A stretch of DNA of 64,000 bases from Candidatus Bathyarchaeia archaeon (GCA_038727135.1 JAVYWL010000002.1:1-64000), one strand, 5' to 3'; positions 39,216 to 50,072 are shown, counted from the first letter of the stretch. The notes: generated by a model from the sequence alone, not told the origin. Program-made: numbers and translations.

Positions 39216-39866
39216 ATGAAAGAAGAAGTCCTAAATAAACTGATGAACGCGGTCCTAAGCTATGACCCGGAAGCCGCTGTTAAAGCTGCGGAAGAAGCCC
39301 TCCAAAAAGGCGTAGACCCCGTTGAGGCCATTGAAGAAGGTCTAGCCAAAGGGGTAAGAATTGTCGGAGAGCGGTTCGGCGCCGGAGAAGCCTTTTTAAC
39401 AGAGCTTGTAATAGCCGCGGAAGCCATGAAACAAGCCCTAAAAGTTCTCGAACCTGCAATTCTAAAAAGCGCTAGAGAAAAGAAAACTCTAGGCAGGGTT
39501 CTTATAGGCACGGTGGAAGGAGATATCCACGACATTGGAAAGAACATTGTAAGTACGCTTCTCATGGTGGCCGGCTTTGAGGTTATAGACATAGGAGTTG
39601 ACGTTCCAACCGAAAAGTTCGTAGAGAAAGTTAAAGAGGTTAAACCAGACATAGTTGGAATGTCCGCCCTAATGACCACCACTATGGCCAAAATGGCAGA
39701 GGTTATAGAAGCCCTAAAACGTGAAGGACTACGCGAAAAAGTTAAAGTGATAATAGGCGGGGCTCCCACATCCAAGAAGTGGGCCGAAGAAATAGGCGCC
39801 GACGGCCACGGCGGAGACGCCATAGAAGCTGTTGAAGTGGCAAAAAAGCTGGTGAAAGCCGCATAA
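39216..39866 (+). CDS. Corrinoid (cobalamin-binding) methyl-carrier protein, MttC/MtgC type
   Basis: Cap domain F.GEAFLTEL, GDIHDIGKN (DxHxxG), SALMTTT, IGGAP; ATG 39216 behind AGGTGG. Confidence 0.94.
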   Translation: MKEEVLNKLMNAVLSYDPEAAVKAAEEALQKGVDPVEAIEEGLAKGVRIVGERFGAGEAFLTELVIAAEAMKQALKVLEPAILKSAREKKTLGRVLIGTVEGDIHDIGKNIVSTLLMVAGFEVIDIGVDVPTEKFVEKVKEVKPDIVGMSALMTTTMAKMAEVIEALKREGLREKVKVIIGGAPTSKKWAEEIGADGHGGDAIEAVEVAKKLVKAA

Positions 39867-39910
39867 TCCAAGAGGCTGCTCGGTTACGTTTTGAAGGTTG
39901 AGGCTCTAAA

Positions 39911-41368
39911 ATGGTTTTTCCCAGAGAAAATCAGAGGGTAAAATTCTCCGTCCTTTCCAGAGAAGATTTAGAAACGATTCACAAAGCCACCTTAGAAGTT
40001 TTAGAGACAACAGGGCTTAGAATCACTAGCCAAAAGTGCCTCAGGATTCTTGAGGAAGGAGGCTGCAAGGTTGATTATAAAAGGCAGGTGGCATTTATCC
40101 CCTCTTATTTGGTTGAAGAAGCCTTGAGGAAAAAACAGAAGAGCATAACTCTCTGTGCCAGAAATCCAAAATATGATGCAGTTTTGGATGAAAATCATGT
40201 GTATATAACCACTGACGGGAATGGAACCCAAACTTACGACATGGAAACTGGGGAAAGGCGGACTTCAACAAAGGATGATATAGCCAAATCAGCCATAATT
40301 TCAGACGCCATTGACGTGGTGGACATATATTGGCCCATGGTAAGTGCCCAAGACTATCCAGCCCACGTTCGACATCTCCACGATCTTGAGGTTTCTTTAG
40401 CTAACACGGAAAAACATGTAACCTTCGAAACAACCATGTCGCCTAAAGAAGCTAGATATCAGATAGAAATTGCAGCGGCAGTTCTCGGAGACGAAGAGAA
40501 GCTAAGGAAGAGGCCCATAATCTCTTCCCTACACTGCACAAGCGCCCCACTTCAAATGGATGGAAACAGCATGGAAGCCGCCCTAGAATTTTCTAAAGCT
40601 GGCATTCCAGTGATGTTTTTTGGAATGCCCCAGCCGGGAGCCACGGGTCCTGTAACGCTTGCCGGTTCTTTGGTTGTGAATAATGCTGAAGTTTTGGGCT
40701 GTCTCACTCTAACTCAATTGGTTTGTCCAGGGGCTCCTGTCATTTATGGCGCTGGCATAGCGGTTTTTGATATGAAAACCTTAAAACGAGCTGGGGGAGG
40801 CCCGGAACACGGTTTAACCGGCGCCGCTGCCGGTGAGCTAGCAAGGTATTATGGTATGCCCTCTATTGTGGGAGGTTTTGTTTCAACGGCAAAGACTCCG
40901 GGAGCCCAAGCATGTTATGAAAAGTTTGCAAGCGGGTTTCCACCAGTTTTCTCCGGGTGCAGCATGATCGCCGGGGTAGGATTGCTTGATGACTGCACAA
41001 CCCTCGCCTTTGAAGAGATTCTAATAGACGCTGAAATTGTGAAGATAGTTTTCCGAATAGCCCAGGGAATAGAGGTTAACGACAACACATTAGCACTTGA
41101 TATTATCCGCAAAGTTGGTCCAGGCGGCAATTTCCTAGCCGAGAGACACACCCTTCAAAACTTGCGAAGGGAACATTTCATCCCCGAATTAACCGACAGG
41201 CGATCCTTCGAAGCGTGGATCAAGGATGGCGGGAAAGACCTGGTGAGGATAGCCAAGGAAAAGGTTAAGGTAATCCTTCAAACACACCAAGTTCAACCCT
41301 TAGAAAAGGATGTGCAAAAGGAAATCAAACGCATCATTGAAAGGGCTGAAAAGGATTTAGCTACCTAA
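39911..41368 (+). CDS. MttB-family (COG5598) corrinoid methyltransferase, non-pyrrolysine
   Basis: IH..TL.VLE..G, SAPL, GATGPVTLAG, GAPVIYG, AK..AQ..YE, VGPGGNFL; no in-frame TAG. Confidence 0.92.
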   Translation: MVFPRENQRVKFSVLSREDLETIHKATLEVLETTGLRITSQKCLRILEEGGCKVDYKRQVAFIPSYLVEEALRKKQKSITLCARNPKYDAVLDENHVYITTDGNGTQTYDMETGERRTSTKDDIAKSAIISDAIDVVDIYWPMVSAQDYPAHVRHLHDLEVSLANTEKHVTFETTMSPKEARYQIEIAAAVLGDEEKLRKRPIISSLHCTSAPLQMDGNSMEAALEFSKAGIPVMFFGMPQPGATGPVTLAGSLVVNNAEVLGCLTLTQLVCPGAPVIYGAGIAVFDMKTLKRAGGGPEHGLTGAAAGELARYYGMPSIVGGFVSTAKTPGAQACYEKFASGFPPVFSGCSMIAGVGLLDDCTTLAFEEILIDAEIVKIVFRIAQGIEVNDNTLALDIIRKVGPGGNFLAERHTLQNLRREHFIPELTDRRSFEAWIKDGGKDLVRIAKEKVKVILQTHQVQPLEKDVQKEIKRIIERAEKDLAT

Positions 41369-41418
41369 AAAGCTTATTAAAAACTTTGTTTGTTAAACGT
41401 TTCAAAAGGAGGAAAATT

Positions 41419-42861
41419 ATGCCTAAATCCTCTCTTCCAAAATTTCAGCCTTTGTCCGAGGATGAAATCGAGTCAATTCACCTTGCTTCTCTTAGACTCC
41501 TAGAAGAGGTTGGCGTGAAAATATACAGCGAAAACGCATTAAAATTATTAAGCGGCAACGGAGCTGAGGTGGACTTTGATAAGAAAATTGCCTATATCCC
41601 ACAACATTTGGTTAAGGAAGCTCTCAGTAAGGCGCCTTCCACCATCAAACTTTATGGTAGAATTAGGAGACACGACAGAGTTTTAGAAGGAGACACAGTC
41701 ACATTTAATCCTGGATCATCAGCCCTATACATTCTGGATTATGAGACTGGTGAAATTAGGAGACCAATTTCGAAGGATTTGGAGAATCTTGTTAGACTTG
41801 CCGACGCTCTTGAACATATTCAGGCGCAAAGCACAGCCATGGTTGTTTCGGATGTCCCTCAGTCAATAGTGGACCGTTACCGCCTCTACATAGTTCTAAA
41901 AAATTCTTCAAAGCCAATAATAACCGGAGCCTTCAGCATCGATGGACTTTATGACATGAAAAGAATGCTTGAAATTGTGGCTGGCGGCGAGAAAGAATTA
42001 GCCAAAAAGCCCATGGCAATATTTGATGTTTGTCCCTCTTCACCGTTAAAATGGAGCGAAATCGACGTACAAAACCTAGTAGATTGCGCCAAATTCCGTT
42101 TACCTGTTAATATTATTCCAGCAATCCAGTTAGGTGCCACTGGTCCCGCAACGATAGCTGGCTCCCTTGTTCAACACAACGCCGAAGTTTTAAGCGGCTT
42201 GGTGATGGTTCAGCTAGTAAATCCGGGTTCCCCGGTGATTTATGGCGGTTCACCAACGGTTTTCGATCAGAGGTGTGCTACGGCTTGTCTAGGGGCTGTG
42301 GAAGCTATGCTTCTGGGTTGTGCCTACATCCAAATTGCAAAGAGCTATCGATTGCCAACTCACATGTATATTGGACTTAGTGATGCGAAGGTGATAGATG
42401 CACAATGCGGCTTTGAAACTGGAATAGGCTTAGTATTAGGAGCGTTGGCTGGAATAAACGTGATATCCGGACCGGGAATGTTAAACTTTGAAAATTGCCA
42501 AAGTTTAGAAAAACTTGTTATAGACAACGAAATTTGCGGCATGGCACTTAGGCTAGCAAAGGGTGTTAAGGTTGAAGATGAAACAATAGCCTTCGACCTT
42601 ATTAAAAAGGTGGGGCCCGGCGGAACATACTTGGCAGAAAGGCACACTCTGGAATGGATTAGAAAAGAGCAGTTCGTACCATCAGAAATCATTGATCGCA
42701 AAGAATGGAAGGCTTGGAGAGATGCTGGGAAAAAAGACGTAGTGAAACGAGCTCACGAAATTGTCGAGAAAAAACTGAAAGAGCATGTGCCTGAGCCGTT
42801 ACCCAAAGATGTCCAAGAAAACCTTGACAATTTTGCAAAAGACCTATTGAAAAGATGCTGA
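41419..42861 (+). CDS. MttB-family (COG5598) corrinoid methyltransferase, non-pyrrolysine
   Basis: SSPLKW, GATGPATIAG, GLSDAKVIDAQ, VGPGGTYL; ATG 41419 behind AGGAGG. Confidence 0.92.
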   Translation: MPKSSLPKFQPLSEDEIESIHLASLRLLEEVGVKIYSENALKLLSGNGAEVDFDKKIAYIPQHLVKEALSKAPSTIKLYGRIRRHDRVLEGDTVTFNPGSSALYILDYETGEIRRPISKDLENLVRLADALEHIQAQSTAMVVSDVPQSIVDRYRLYIVLKNSSKPIITGAFSIDGLYDMKRMLEIVAGGEKELAKKPMAIFDVCPSSPLKWSEIDVQNLVDCAKFRLPVNIIPAIQLGATGPATIAGSLVQHNAEVLSGLVMVQLVNPGSPVIYGGSPTVFDQRCATACLGAVEAMLLGCAYIQIAKSYRLPTHMYIGLSDAKVIDAQCGFETGIGLVLGALAGINVISGPGMLNFENCQSLEKLVIDNEICGMALRLAKGVKVEDETIAFDLIKKVGPGGTYLAERHTLEWIRKEQFVPSEIIDRKEWKAWRDAGKKDVVKRAHEIVEKKLKEHVPEPLPKDVQENLDNFAKDLLKRC

Positions 42862-42942
42862 AAGAATGGCATACCGCCCTAACTTTTTATGAAAATTTAA
42901 ATAGATTCCCAACGGTAAGACAGATTCCAAGGAGGATTCAAG

Positions 42943-43848
42943 ATGTTCAAGTTTGAAAAGGAGCAGAAAATTTTTGACATTGCAAACGTGAAGGTTGGAG
43001 GGCAACCAGGTCAACTTCCAACGGTGCTCATTGGAAGCATATTTTACCATAAGCACAAGATCGTAAAGGACGAGCGGAAAGGCGAGTTCGACAAGGAGAA
43101 AGCCGAAGAAGCACTGAAAAAGGAGGAGGAAATATCCAATAGAACTGGAAATCCGAGAATTGTGGATGTTTGCTGTTCATGGCCAGAAGCCTTTGAAAAA
43201 TTCATAGAGTTTGTCGCAGACCATATTGATGGACCCTTTACGATTGATGGCGCCACAGCCGATGTTAGGATTGCCGGGGCAAAATATGTTGGGGAAGTAG
43301 GCTTATCCGAAAGGGTTGTTTACAATTCCATAACACCCCATGTTAAAGAGGAAGAAATCACAGCCATTAGAGACGCCAAGATTAAATCTGCCGTACTTTT
43401 AACACTTAACACCAAAAACCCCACAATTTCGGGAAGGTTGCAGGTGCTCGACGAGTTATTAGCCACGGCTCAAAAGGCGGGAATAGAAAAGTTTTTGGTG
43501 GATACTACGGTTCTCGACCTGCCCGATCCGGGACCAGTTAGCAAGGCCATCTACCTAGTTAAGGAAAAATATGGGTTGCCCGCTGGGGCTGGAACACATA
43601 ACGCTGTTGACAGATGGAAAAGTAGGCGCAAGCTTGATGCAACAGAGTATATGCTTGCAACCAGTGTAGCCAACGTTTTCCCCATAATTGCCGGAGCCAA
43701 CTTCATACTGTATGGACCCATTGAAAACGCTTCCCAAGCATACTTTTACTGTGGCTTAGCTGACGCTTATGTCGCTTACGCTGTTTCCCAAGAGTTTGGG
43801 GTAAGACCGTTAACAAGAGATCATCCATTATACAAAATATTCAGGTAA
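42943..43848 (+). CDS. mtrH: MtrH/MtgA-like methylcorrinoid:pterin methyltransferase
   Basis: KVGGQPG..PTVLIGSIFY, VYNSI, GLPAG.G.HN, LYGPIENA, HPL; no other mtr subunits nearby. Confidence 0.9.
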   Translation: MFKFEKEQKIFDIANVKVGGQPGQLPTVLIGSIFYHKHKIVKDERKGEFDKEKAEEALKKEEEISNRTGNPRIVDVCCSWPEAFEKFIEFVADHIDGPFTIDGATADVRIAGAKYVGEVGLSERVVYNSITPHVKEEEITAIRDAKIKSAVLLTLNTKNPTISGRLQVLDELLATAQKAGIEKFLVDTTVLDLPDPGPVSKAIYLVKEKYGLPAGAGTHNAVDRWKSRRKLDATEYMLATSVANVFPIIAGANFILYGPIENASQAYFYCGLADAYVAYAVSQEFGVRPLTRDHPLYKIFR

Positions 43849-43939
43849 AAGTTTAAACATCCTAAAAATTCGTTATAAAACCGCTTTACTATTTTCTTCT
43901 AATTCAAGTTTTTAAGTGTGCTATTGTGGAATATGGCTT

Positions 43940-45115
43940 TCACTTGTTTAACTTTTCTAGGGCTGTCCGCATTCTATTCATTGCTTCCTTTATTTTCTCC
44001 TTTGATGTCGCATAGGAAATTCTTATGTATCCTTCACCGTAATCGCCGAAGGCTGTTCCCGGCACTGTTATAACCTTTGCCTTCTCAAGAAGATACATTG
44101 CAATTTTCTCTGAGGGCATACCTGTTTCCTTTATGCTTGGGAAAACATAGAAGGCTCCCTCAGGTTTTAGACATGTAACTCCGGGCATACTGTTTAACTC
44201 TTTTGTTACGATTTCTCTTCTTTCGGCGTACTCCTTAAGCATTCTTTGCACGTGTTCCTTTGGACCGCGTAAAGCCGCAATGGCAGCCATCTGGGAAATG
44301 GAGCTTGGATGCACAAGGACGTGCTCTTGAAGTTCGAGCATAACCTCTGTAATCTCTTCTGGTGCCACGACAAAGCCTATGCGCCATCCGGTCATGGCAT
44401 AGGTTTTTGAGAATGTGAATATGCTTACTGTTCTCTCTTTCATTTCTGGAAGAGACGCGATGCTCACGTGGTTTACTCCATCATATAAAATATTTTCATA
44501 AGCTTCATCGGAAATCACATAGAGGTCGTGTTCCAACACGATATCCGCTATGCTTTTCAGCTCCTTTTCCCTAAGCACAGCCCCTGTAGGATTGGACGGC
44601 GAATTAATAATGATAGCCTTCGTTTTCGGCGTTATCCTCTCCGCTATATCGTCGGCTTCTGCGTGGAAATTATTCTCCTCTTTGAGGGGATAATAAACCG
44701 GTTTGCCACCAGCAAGAACTGTTTGGGCAGCATAGTTTGGGAAGCCGGGATCTGGAATAAGCACCTCGTCGCCGGGGTCTATTAAAGCTAGCATCGCCAG
44801 AGATAAGCCTCCCATGGCTCCAGCTGTTGCCATAATTTCCTTCTCCGGGTCGGCTTCTATGCGGTTTTCTTTCCGCAGCTTTTCCGAAGCAACCTTCCTA
44901 AACTCTAGGAAACCAGCATTTACGGTGTAGTGGGTGTAGCCCTCCCTCATAGCCTTAAAAGCTGCCTCAATAATGTGCGGCGGCGTGTCAAAATCCGGCT
45001 CCCCTATTGATAAATTCACCAGGCCTTCATATTTTTGAGCCAAGTCAAACATTTTCCGGATTCCGGATTTTGGAATTTTCTTAGAACGCTTTGAAAGTTT
45101 CAATTTTTTACTCAT
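43940..45115 (-). CDS. Class I/II PLP-dependent aminotransferase
   Basis: GEPDF, NSPSNPTG, SDEAY, FSKTYAMTGWRIG, GAFY, RISYA. Confidence 0.93.
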   Translation of the reverse strand: MSKKLKLSKRSKKIPKSGIRKMFDLAQKYEGLVNLSIGEPDFDTPPHIIEAAFKAMREGYTHYTVNAGFLEFRKVASEKLRKENRIEADPEKEIMATAGAMGGLSLAMLALIDPGDEVLIPDPGFPNYAAQTVLAGGKPVYYPLKEENNFHAEADDIAERITPKTKAIIINSPSNPTGAVLREKELKSIADIVLEHDLYVISDEAYENILYDGVNHVSIASLPEMKERTVSIFTFSKTYAMTGWRIGFVVAPEEITEVMLELQEHVLVHPSSISQMAAIAALRGPKEHVQRMLKEYAERREIVTKELNSMPGVTCLKPEGAFYVFPSIKETGMPSEKIAMYLLEKAKVITVPGTAFGDYGEGYIRISYATSKEKIKEAMNRMRTALEKLNK

Positions 45116-45140
45116 AAGGAACCCTACGCTTAACGAAAAT

Positions 45141-45797
45141 TTATTTCGAATATCCTAGAAGCCTTTTAACAACTTCGACTGCCTCTGTGGCGTCTGCTCC
45201 ATAGCCGTCGGCGCCTATTTCTTCAGCCCATTCTCTGCTGGCTGGAGCCCCGCCTATGATTACTTTAACCTTGTCTCTTAGGCCTTCCCTCTTTAAAGCC
45301 TCAATGACTGTTCTTTGCTCTGGCAGGGTTGTGGTTAAGAGGGCTGACAGTCCAACGACGTCTGGCTTTAACTCTTTAATCTTCTCTACAAATTTTTCAG
45401 CTGGCACGTCCTCTCCAATGTCGTAAACTTCAAACCCGTTTGCTGTTAGCATAGAACCAACTATGGTTTTTCCTATGCTGTGGATGTCTCCTGCAACAGT
45501 GCCTAAAAGCACTTTGCCAAGAGCCTTGCGCTCCTTCTTCGCCCGTCTTAGCTCTGGCTCCAAAACTTCTAAAGCTTTTTTCATAGTTTCTGCAGCCATT
45601 ACCAGTTCTGGGAGAAACGCTTCTCCGTTGGCAAATTTTTCTCCAACCTCTCTTATTCCCCTAGCTAAGCCTTCCTCTATAGCCTTAAGAAGGTCAACCC
45701 CAAGCTTTACTGCCTCTTTAGCAGCGGAAACCGCCTCGTCAGCATTGTAGTTCAAAACTGAAAGCCTTAACCTTTCAATAATGTTTTCTGCGCTCAT
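45141..45797 (-). CDS. Corrinoid methyl-carrier protein, second paralog
   Basis: GEAFLPEL, GDIHSIGK, SALLTTT, IGGAP. Confidence 0.94.
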   Translation of the reverse strand: MSAENIIERLRLSVLNYNADEAVSAAKEAVKLGVDLLKAIEEGLARGIREVGEKFANGEAFLPELVMAAETMKKALEVLEPELRRAKKERKALGKVLLGTVAGDIHSIGKTIVGSMLTANGFEVYDIGEDVPAEKFVEKIKELKPDVVGLSALLTTTLPEQRTVIEALKREGLRDKVKVIIGGAPASREWAEEIGADGYGADATEAVEVVKRLLGYSK

Positions 45798-45798
45798 T

Positions 45799-47220
45799 TT
45801 AAGCTCCTCCCCTTCTCTTAATAATGCTTATAATTTTAGCTTTTACATCCTTTGAGAGCGGAAGAACTTGATGCTCTTTTAATATTTTCTCGGCTTCTTC
45901 CTTAGCTTTAACCCATAAATCCCTAGCCCCCGATTTGACCCAAATGTCTGGAAAAGTCCTATCAGTTATTTTCGGTATCCAAATCTCCCTTCTGAAGTGT
46001 TCAAGGGTGTGGCGCTCTTTTATGAAGCTGCCTTTGGGTCCAACATTCTTGATAACGTCAAATGCTAGGGTTTCATCTGTGATTTCGAAGCCGCCTACAA
46101 GTTTCTTTATCATACTGACAATCTCATTGTCTATGATGAGCCCTTCCAGGCTCATGGTGTTTTCTGAGGCGATTAAACCCATTCCGCATATTAGGTTAAG
46201 ACCAGCAAGGGCTGGAAGTACACCTGTTAAAGCCTTTTCATATCCCATCTGAGCGTCCAGAGATTTGGAGTCTGTTAAAACACCGCCGCCAGCGCTTGGA
46301 ATACCGTAATAATGCGCCATGTTGGCAACGCATGAGTGTAGCAGGGCAAATTCTGGTCCTCCAAGCACGGCTGAAGCTTGTCTCACATCCATGGCCCTTG
46401 CCCAACTCCCAATGACGAGCGGAGCGTTCTTGTTAACCACATAACGAATCACTAAGGCACTTATGAACTCAGCCATGTTTAGGGCTAGAGTTCCAGCCAA
46501 AGTCACTGGACTTGTCGCCCCAGCCATGGGACCAGAGTTCACAAAAACCGGGATGCCAAGTTTGCAAGCTTCAACAAAAGCTTCAAGGGTAGCCCTATCA
46601 TAAGTAAGTGGACTCGTTATAGATATCAGCAAAAGCATTATCGGTTTTTTCCTCAACTCCTCAACTCCGCCAACAATAGTTGAAGCCATTTCAATGGCGT
46701 CTTGGGCGCCTTCCTTCCGCATAGCCTCATTAATTATTGGTTTACTTGTGTTTTCGAAGGCTGTTGCCCACATGTACCTATCCACAATCTCATGGGGCAC
46801 ATCCATTGGAGAGCCCATACACATGTAAAACTCAACATTATCTAAGGCGTCGGCAATTCTCGTTGCATTCGCCAAGTCTTGAACTGTAACCCTCCTATAA
46901 GTTCTTGACGCGGCATCATAGAAGTTAGTTGCAAAACCCACGGTGCCGAAACGGGTTTCATCCCCGCCCAGAGTCCTCCTCGTTTTCAAGTCTCTATGGT
47001 AAACGCTAAATCTATGGGGTGTCTTCTGCAGAGCGTCCTCAGCAAGATAATGTGGAATAAACGCTCGCTGACTTTTATGATCAACCTCAGCGCCCGCCTC
47101 CTCAAGCTTTTGAAGAACTTCTTCATAGGGAATTATAACGCCGACCTCTTGAAGGATATCCAAACTTGTCAGATGCACAGCGTACCTTTGTCTCTTGGAA
47201 AGTAAATTAGGGTAGTACAT
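45799..47220 (-). CDS. MttB-family (COG5598) corrinoid methyltransferase, non-pyrrolysine
   Basis: TSPL, AGATSPVTLAG, GGPE, VLTDSKSLDAQ..YEK, VGPKGSF. Confidence 0.92.
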   Translation of the reverse strand: MYYPNLLSKRQRYAVHLTSLDILQEVGVIIPYEEVLQKLEEAGAEVDHKSQRAFIPHYLAEDALQKTPHRFSVYHRDLKTRRTLGGDETRFGTVGFATNFYDAASRTYRRVTVQDLANATRIADALDNVEFYMCMGSPMDVPHEIVDRYMWATAFENTSKPIINEAMRKEGAQDAIEMASTIVGGVEELRKKPIMLLLISITSPLTYDRATLEAFVEACKLGIPVFVNSGPMAGATSPVTLAGTLALNMAEFISALVIRYVVNKNAPLVIGSWARAMDVRQASAVLGGPEFALLHSCVANMAHYYGIPSAGGGVLTDSKSLDAQMGYEKALTGVLPALAGLNLICGMGLIASENTMSLEGLIIDNEIVSMIKKLVGGFEITDETLAFDVIKNVGPKGSFIKERHTLEHFRREIWIPKITDRTFPDIWVKSGARDLWVKAKEEAEKILKEHQVLPLSKDVKAKIISIIKRRGGA

Positions 47221-47329
47221 GGTTTTTTACCTTTTAAATAATATGAGCTTAAAGGTTGTCCTAATAAAATTTATTCTCAATGTACGAAAAATTTTTAGGA
47301 AGCATTTTCAGCTTTTTTAATGAAGTGTC

Positions 47330-48196
47330 ATGAAAGTCAATCTACTCCGTAAATATAATTATTTATTTTTATATTTGCCAGCTCTGGTCCTTTTTTTTGT
47401 ATTTTTCCTAACGCCTTTTGTTCTTATGATCAGAATAAGTTTTTTCATAGGGAAACCATTACATTGTTATATAGAAGGTTTTACGATTGAAAATTATTTG
47501 CGATTTTTAAGAGACTCCTATGTTCACGAACGGTTAATGTTCACACTTCAGTTATCAGCACCAGTAATTTTCCTAACTCTTGCTCTTGCCTATATTATGG
47601 CATATGCAATATCTCGTTCTTCCGGGATTAAGCGGTTGGTACTTATTTGTATTACTATTTTTCCAATTTGGATAAATTTAGTTGTTCTAGCTTTTGGCTG
47701 GCAAGTCGTATTCGCAAGATACGGTCTCATAAACTACTTTCTAATGAATATCGGTCTTATAGATAAACCCACACCACTTGGATATAACTTCATTTCTGTT
47801 GTGATAGGACTAGTCTACGTATGTTTACCTTATACTATTTTAACTTTGTTAAGTGTGCTTGACAATATCGATCCAACATTAGAAGAAGCGGCGAAAGATC
47901 TTGGAGCCTCAAAATTCAAAATCTTTGTCGAAGTAACGTTGCCTCTGTCAATGCCCGGAATAATTACAGGAGCAGCTTTTTGTTTCGTATGGGCTATGAG
48001 TTCTTTTGTTATTCCCTCATTTCTCGGTTCTCCTATGCAAAAAACAATCGGCATGGAAATAGCTAACCAGGTGTTAACGGCGTTAAACTGGCCTTATGGT
48101 TCTGTGTTAAGCATCGTATTATTATGTATAACTAGTTTGACATTACTTACTTCAAACACATTAAGGGAGAGGGCCACAAGATGGGCAAAACAATAA
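47330..48196 (+). CDS. ABC transporter permease (PotB-like)
   Basis: EEAAKDLGA EAA loop, GLINYFL, LPLSMPG; AT-rich. Confidence 0.9.
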   Translation: MKVNLLRKYNYLFLYLPALVLFFVFFLTPFVLMIRISFFIGKPLHCYIEGFTIENYLRFLRDSYVHERLMFTLQLSAPVIFLTLALAYIMAYAISRSSGIKRLVLICITIFPIWINLVVLAFGWQVVFARYGLINYFLMNIGLIDKPTPLGYNFISVVIGLVYVCLPYTILTLLSVLDNIDPTLEEAAKDLGASKFKIFVEVTLPLSMPGIITGAAFCFVWAMSSFVIPSFLGSPMQKTIGMEIANQVLTALNWPYGSVLSIVLLCITSLTLLTSNTLRERATRWAKQ

Positions 48197-48990
48197 TTAA
48201 ATCAAGTAATTTTTTAAACCTTGCCTGTGCCTTAATATCAGCCTTTATGATAACTCCAGTAGCCTTAATTTTTATAACATCTCTTGATCCAGCTAAGTAC
48301 ATACGGTTTCCTCCATCGGGGTTTTCGCTGTTATGGTATGAGTATTTTTTTTCGAACAAAATGTGGCAAGATGCTCTCCTTAATAGTATTTATGTAGCAG
48401 TTTTAAACACCGTTATCTCTGTTCCATGTGGAATTATGGCAGCCTACGCGTACAGAAAATATCCTTTTACCAAGTTGAAAAATATATTTAATACAATTAT
48501 GATAATTCCATATGTAACTCCAAGTTTGTTAATTGGAATTGCACTTTTGATGGCCTTCGGTCAAACAATCCTTAGAGGAACCTATTTTATGGTCGCAATT
48601 GCCCATGCATTATGGTCAACATCCTTTGTTTATATTCTTATGCAAGCTGCTTTAGCAAACTATGACTTTACATATGAAGAAGCAGCGAAAGATCTTGGAG
48701 CTAATCTGGTTCAAGTATTTTCCGAAGTTACATTACCTCTTTTAAAGAGTGCCCTCATAGCGGCAATTCTCTTTGCCTTTATTTCATCATTTGGTGAAGT
48801 AACTATGGCTATTTTTTTGGTAACAAACAAAACAATCACCCTACCAGTTCTTTTATGGACATCACTAAAATATGAATTACATCCAGTAGCAACTGTTGCT
48901 TCAGTGATCTGCATCATTTTCGCAATTGTTATATTTGTATTAATTACTAAATTTTTTGGAACTGGAATATTAACTAAAATCGGGATGTAA
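48181..48990 (+). CDS. ABC transporter permease (PotC-like)
   Basis: FPPSGFSL.WY, EEAAKDLGA, SFGE, TLP. Confidence 0.9.
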   Translation: MGKTIIKSSNFLNLACALISAFMITPVALIFITSLDPAKYIRFPPSGFSLLWYEYFFSNKMWQDALLNSIYVAVLNTVISVPCGIMAAYAYRKYPFTKLKNIFNTIMIIPYVTPSLLIGIALLMAFGQTILRGTYFMVAIAHALWSTSFVYILMQAALANYDFTYEEAAKDLGANLVQVFSEVTLPLLKSALIAAILFAFISSFGEVTMAIFLVTNKTITLPVLLWTSLKYELHPVATVASVICIIFAIVIFVLITKFFGTGILTKIGM

Positions 48991-48992
48991 AA

Positions 48993-50072
48993 ATGGAGAT
49001 AGCAGTTGAGACAAGAAATATAACTAAAAGATTCGAAAAAGGTAAGGTTGTAGCTCTCGACAATGTCTCTATTTACGTTAAAAAAGGTGAAATTTTTACT
49101 TTACTAGGTCCCTCTGGGAGTGGAAAATCTACTCTCTTAAGGATTATTGATGGATTGGAACAGCCCGATAGTGGTGATGTTTTTATAGATGGCAAATGCG
49201 TCACCTATGTTCCTGCACATAAACGAGACGTATGCATGGTTTTCCAAAGACTTGCACTTTTTCCTCACAAAAACGTATTTGAAAACGTAGCTTTTGGTTT
49301 GAAAATGCGTAAATTTGATAAGAATGAAATAAAGAAAAGGGTTGAGGAAACTCTTTGGAAAGTTGAACTTGACCCAGAAATTTACACCTCGCGCTTTCCG
49401 CATCAGTTAAGTGGAGGAGAAATGCAACGCGTTGCGTTGGCAAGAGCAATAGTTTTACGTCCAGCTGTAATACTTTTTGATGAGCCTTTATCCAGCCTTG
49501 ATAGACGTTTGCGCGATAAAATGCGTGTAGAATTAAAACAGTTATTAAAAAAGTTCAATATAACAGCTATTTATGTGACCCATGATCAGGAGGAAGCTTT
49601 CGTTATTTCCGATAGAATGGCTGTAATAAATAAGGGTAAAATCGTTCAAGAGGGAACTCCACTGGAGCTTTATGAGAAACCGCAATCAGCCTTTGTTGCA
49701 AATTTCCTAGGTGATACTAACATTTATAAAGGAGTTATAAAGCAAATAAAAGGCAACTTAGTGATTATAGAACTTCAAGGAGGAACATGTATAACTGCCA
49801 AATATGCGGATGCCCCGTCTATTTCAAGAGATGTTTTGGTATCTTTAAAAGCTGAGAAAATTGTTTTGTCTGATCGGCCTTTATTCGAAAACCATTTAGA
49901 AGCTGTAATAAGGGATGTTATATTCATGGGTGAAAAAATCATGTATATAGTTGAGGTGAGTAAAGAGTTAACGCTAAAAGCATTTGAAAAAAATTTTGGT
50001 AAGATTTGGCGTAAAGGAGGCAAGGTGCTAGTAAATTGGCTTCCAGACGACGTAGCACTTATCCCAGGGTAA
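48993..50072 (+). CDS. ABC transporter ATP-binding protein (PotA-like, TOBE domain)
   Basis: GPSGSGKS, LSGGEMQR, FDEP, VTHDQEEA. Confidence 0.93.
   Translation: MEIAVETRNITKRFEKGKVVALDNVSIYVKKGEIFTLLGPSGSGKSTLLRIIDGLEQPDSGDVFIDGKCVTYVPAHKRDVCMVFQRLALFPHKNVFENVAFGLKMRKFDKNEIKKRVEETLWKVELDPEIYTSRFPHQLSGGEMQRVALARAIVLRPAVILFDEPLSSLDRRLRDKMRVELKQLLKKFNITAIYVTHDQEEAFVISDRMAVINKGKIVQEGTPLELYEKPQSAFVANFLGDTNIYKGVIKQIKGNLVIIELQGGTCITAKYADAPSISRDVLVSLKAEKIVLSDRPLFENHLEAVIRDVIFMGEKIMYIVEVSKELTLKAFEKNFGKIWRKGGKVLVNWLPDDVALIPG

Noticed and set aside
39260-39871. 203-aa antisense ORF over the corrinoid gene, and similar antisense ORFs throughout
   Set aside because: Mirror-frame artefacts of well-supported genes on the other strand
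42943-43848. Evidence for methanogenesis or a membrane Mtr complex
   Set aside because: Stand-alone MtrH-like gene; no mtrA-G or mcr genes in the window
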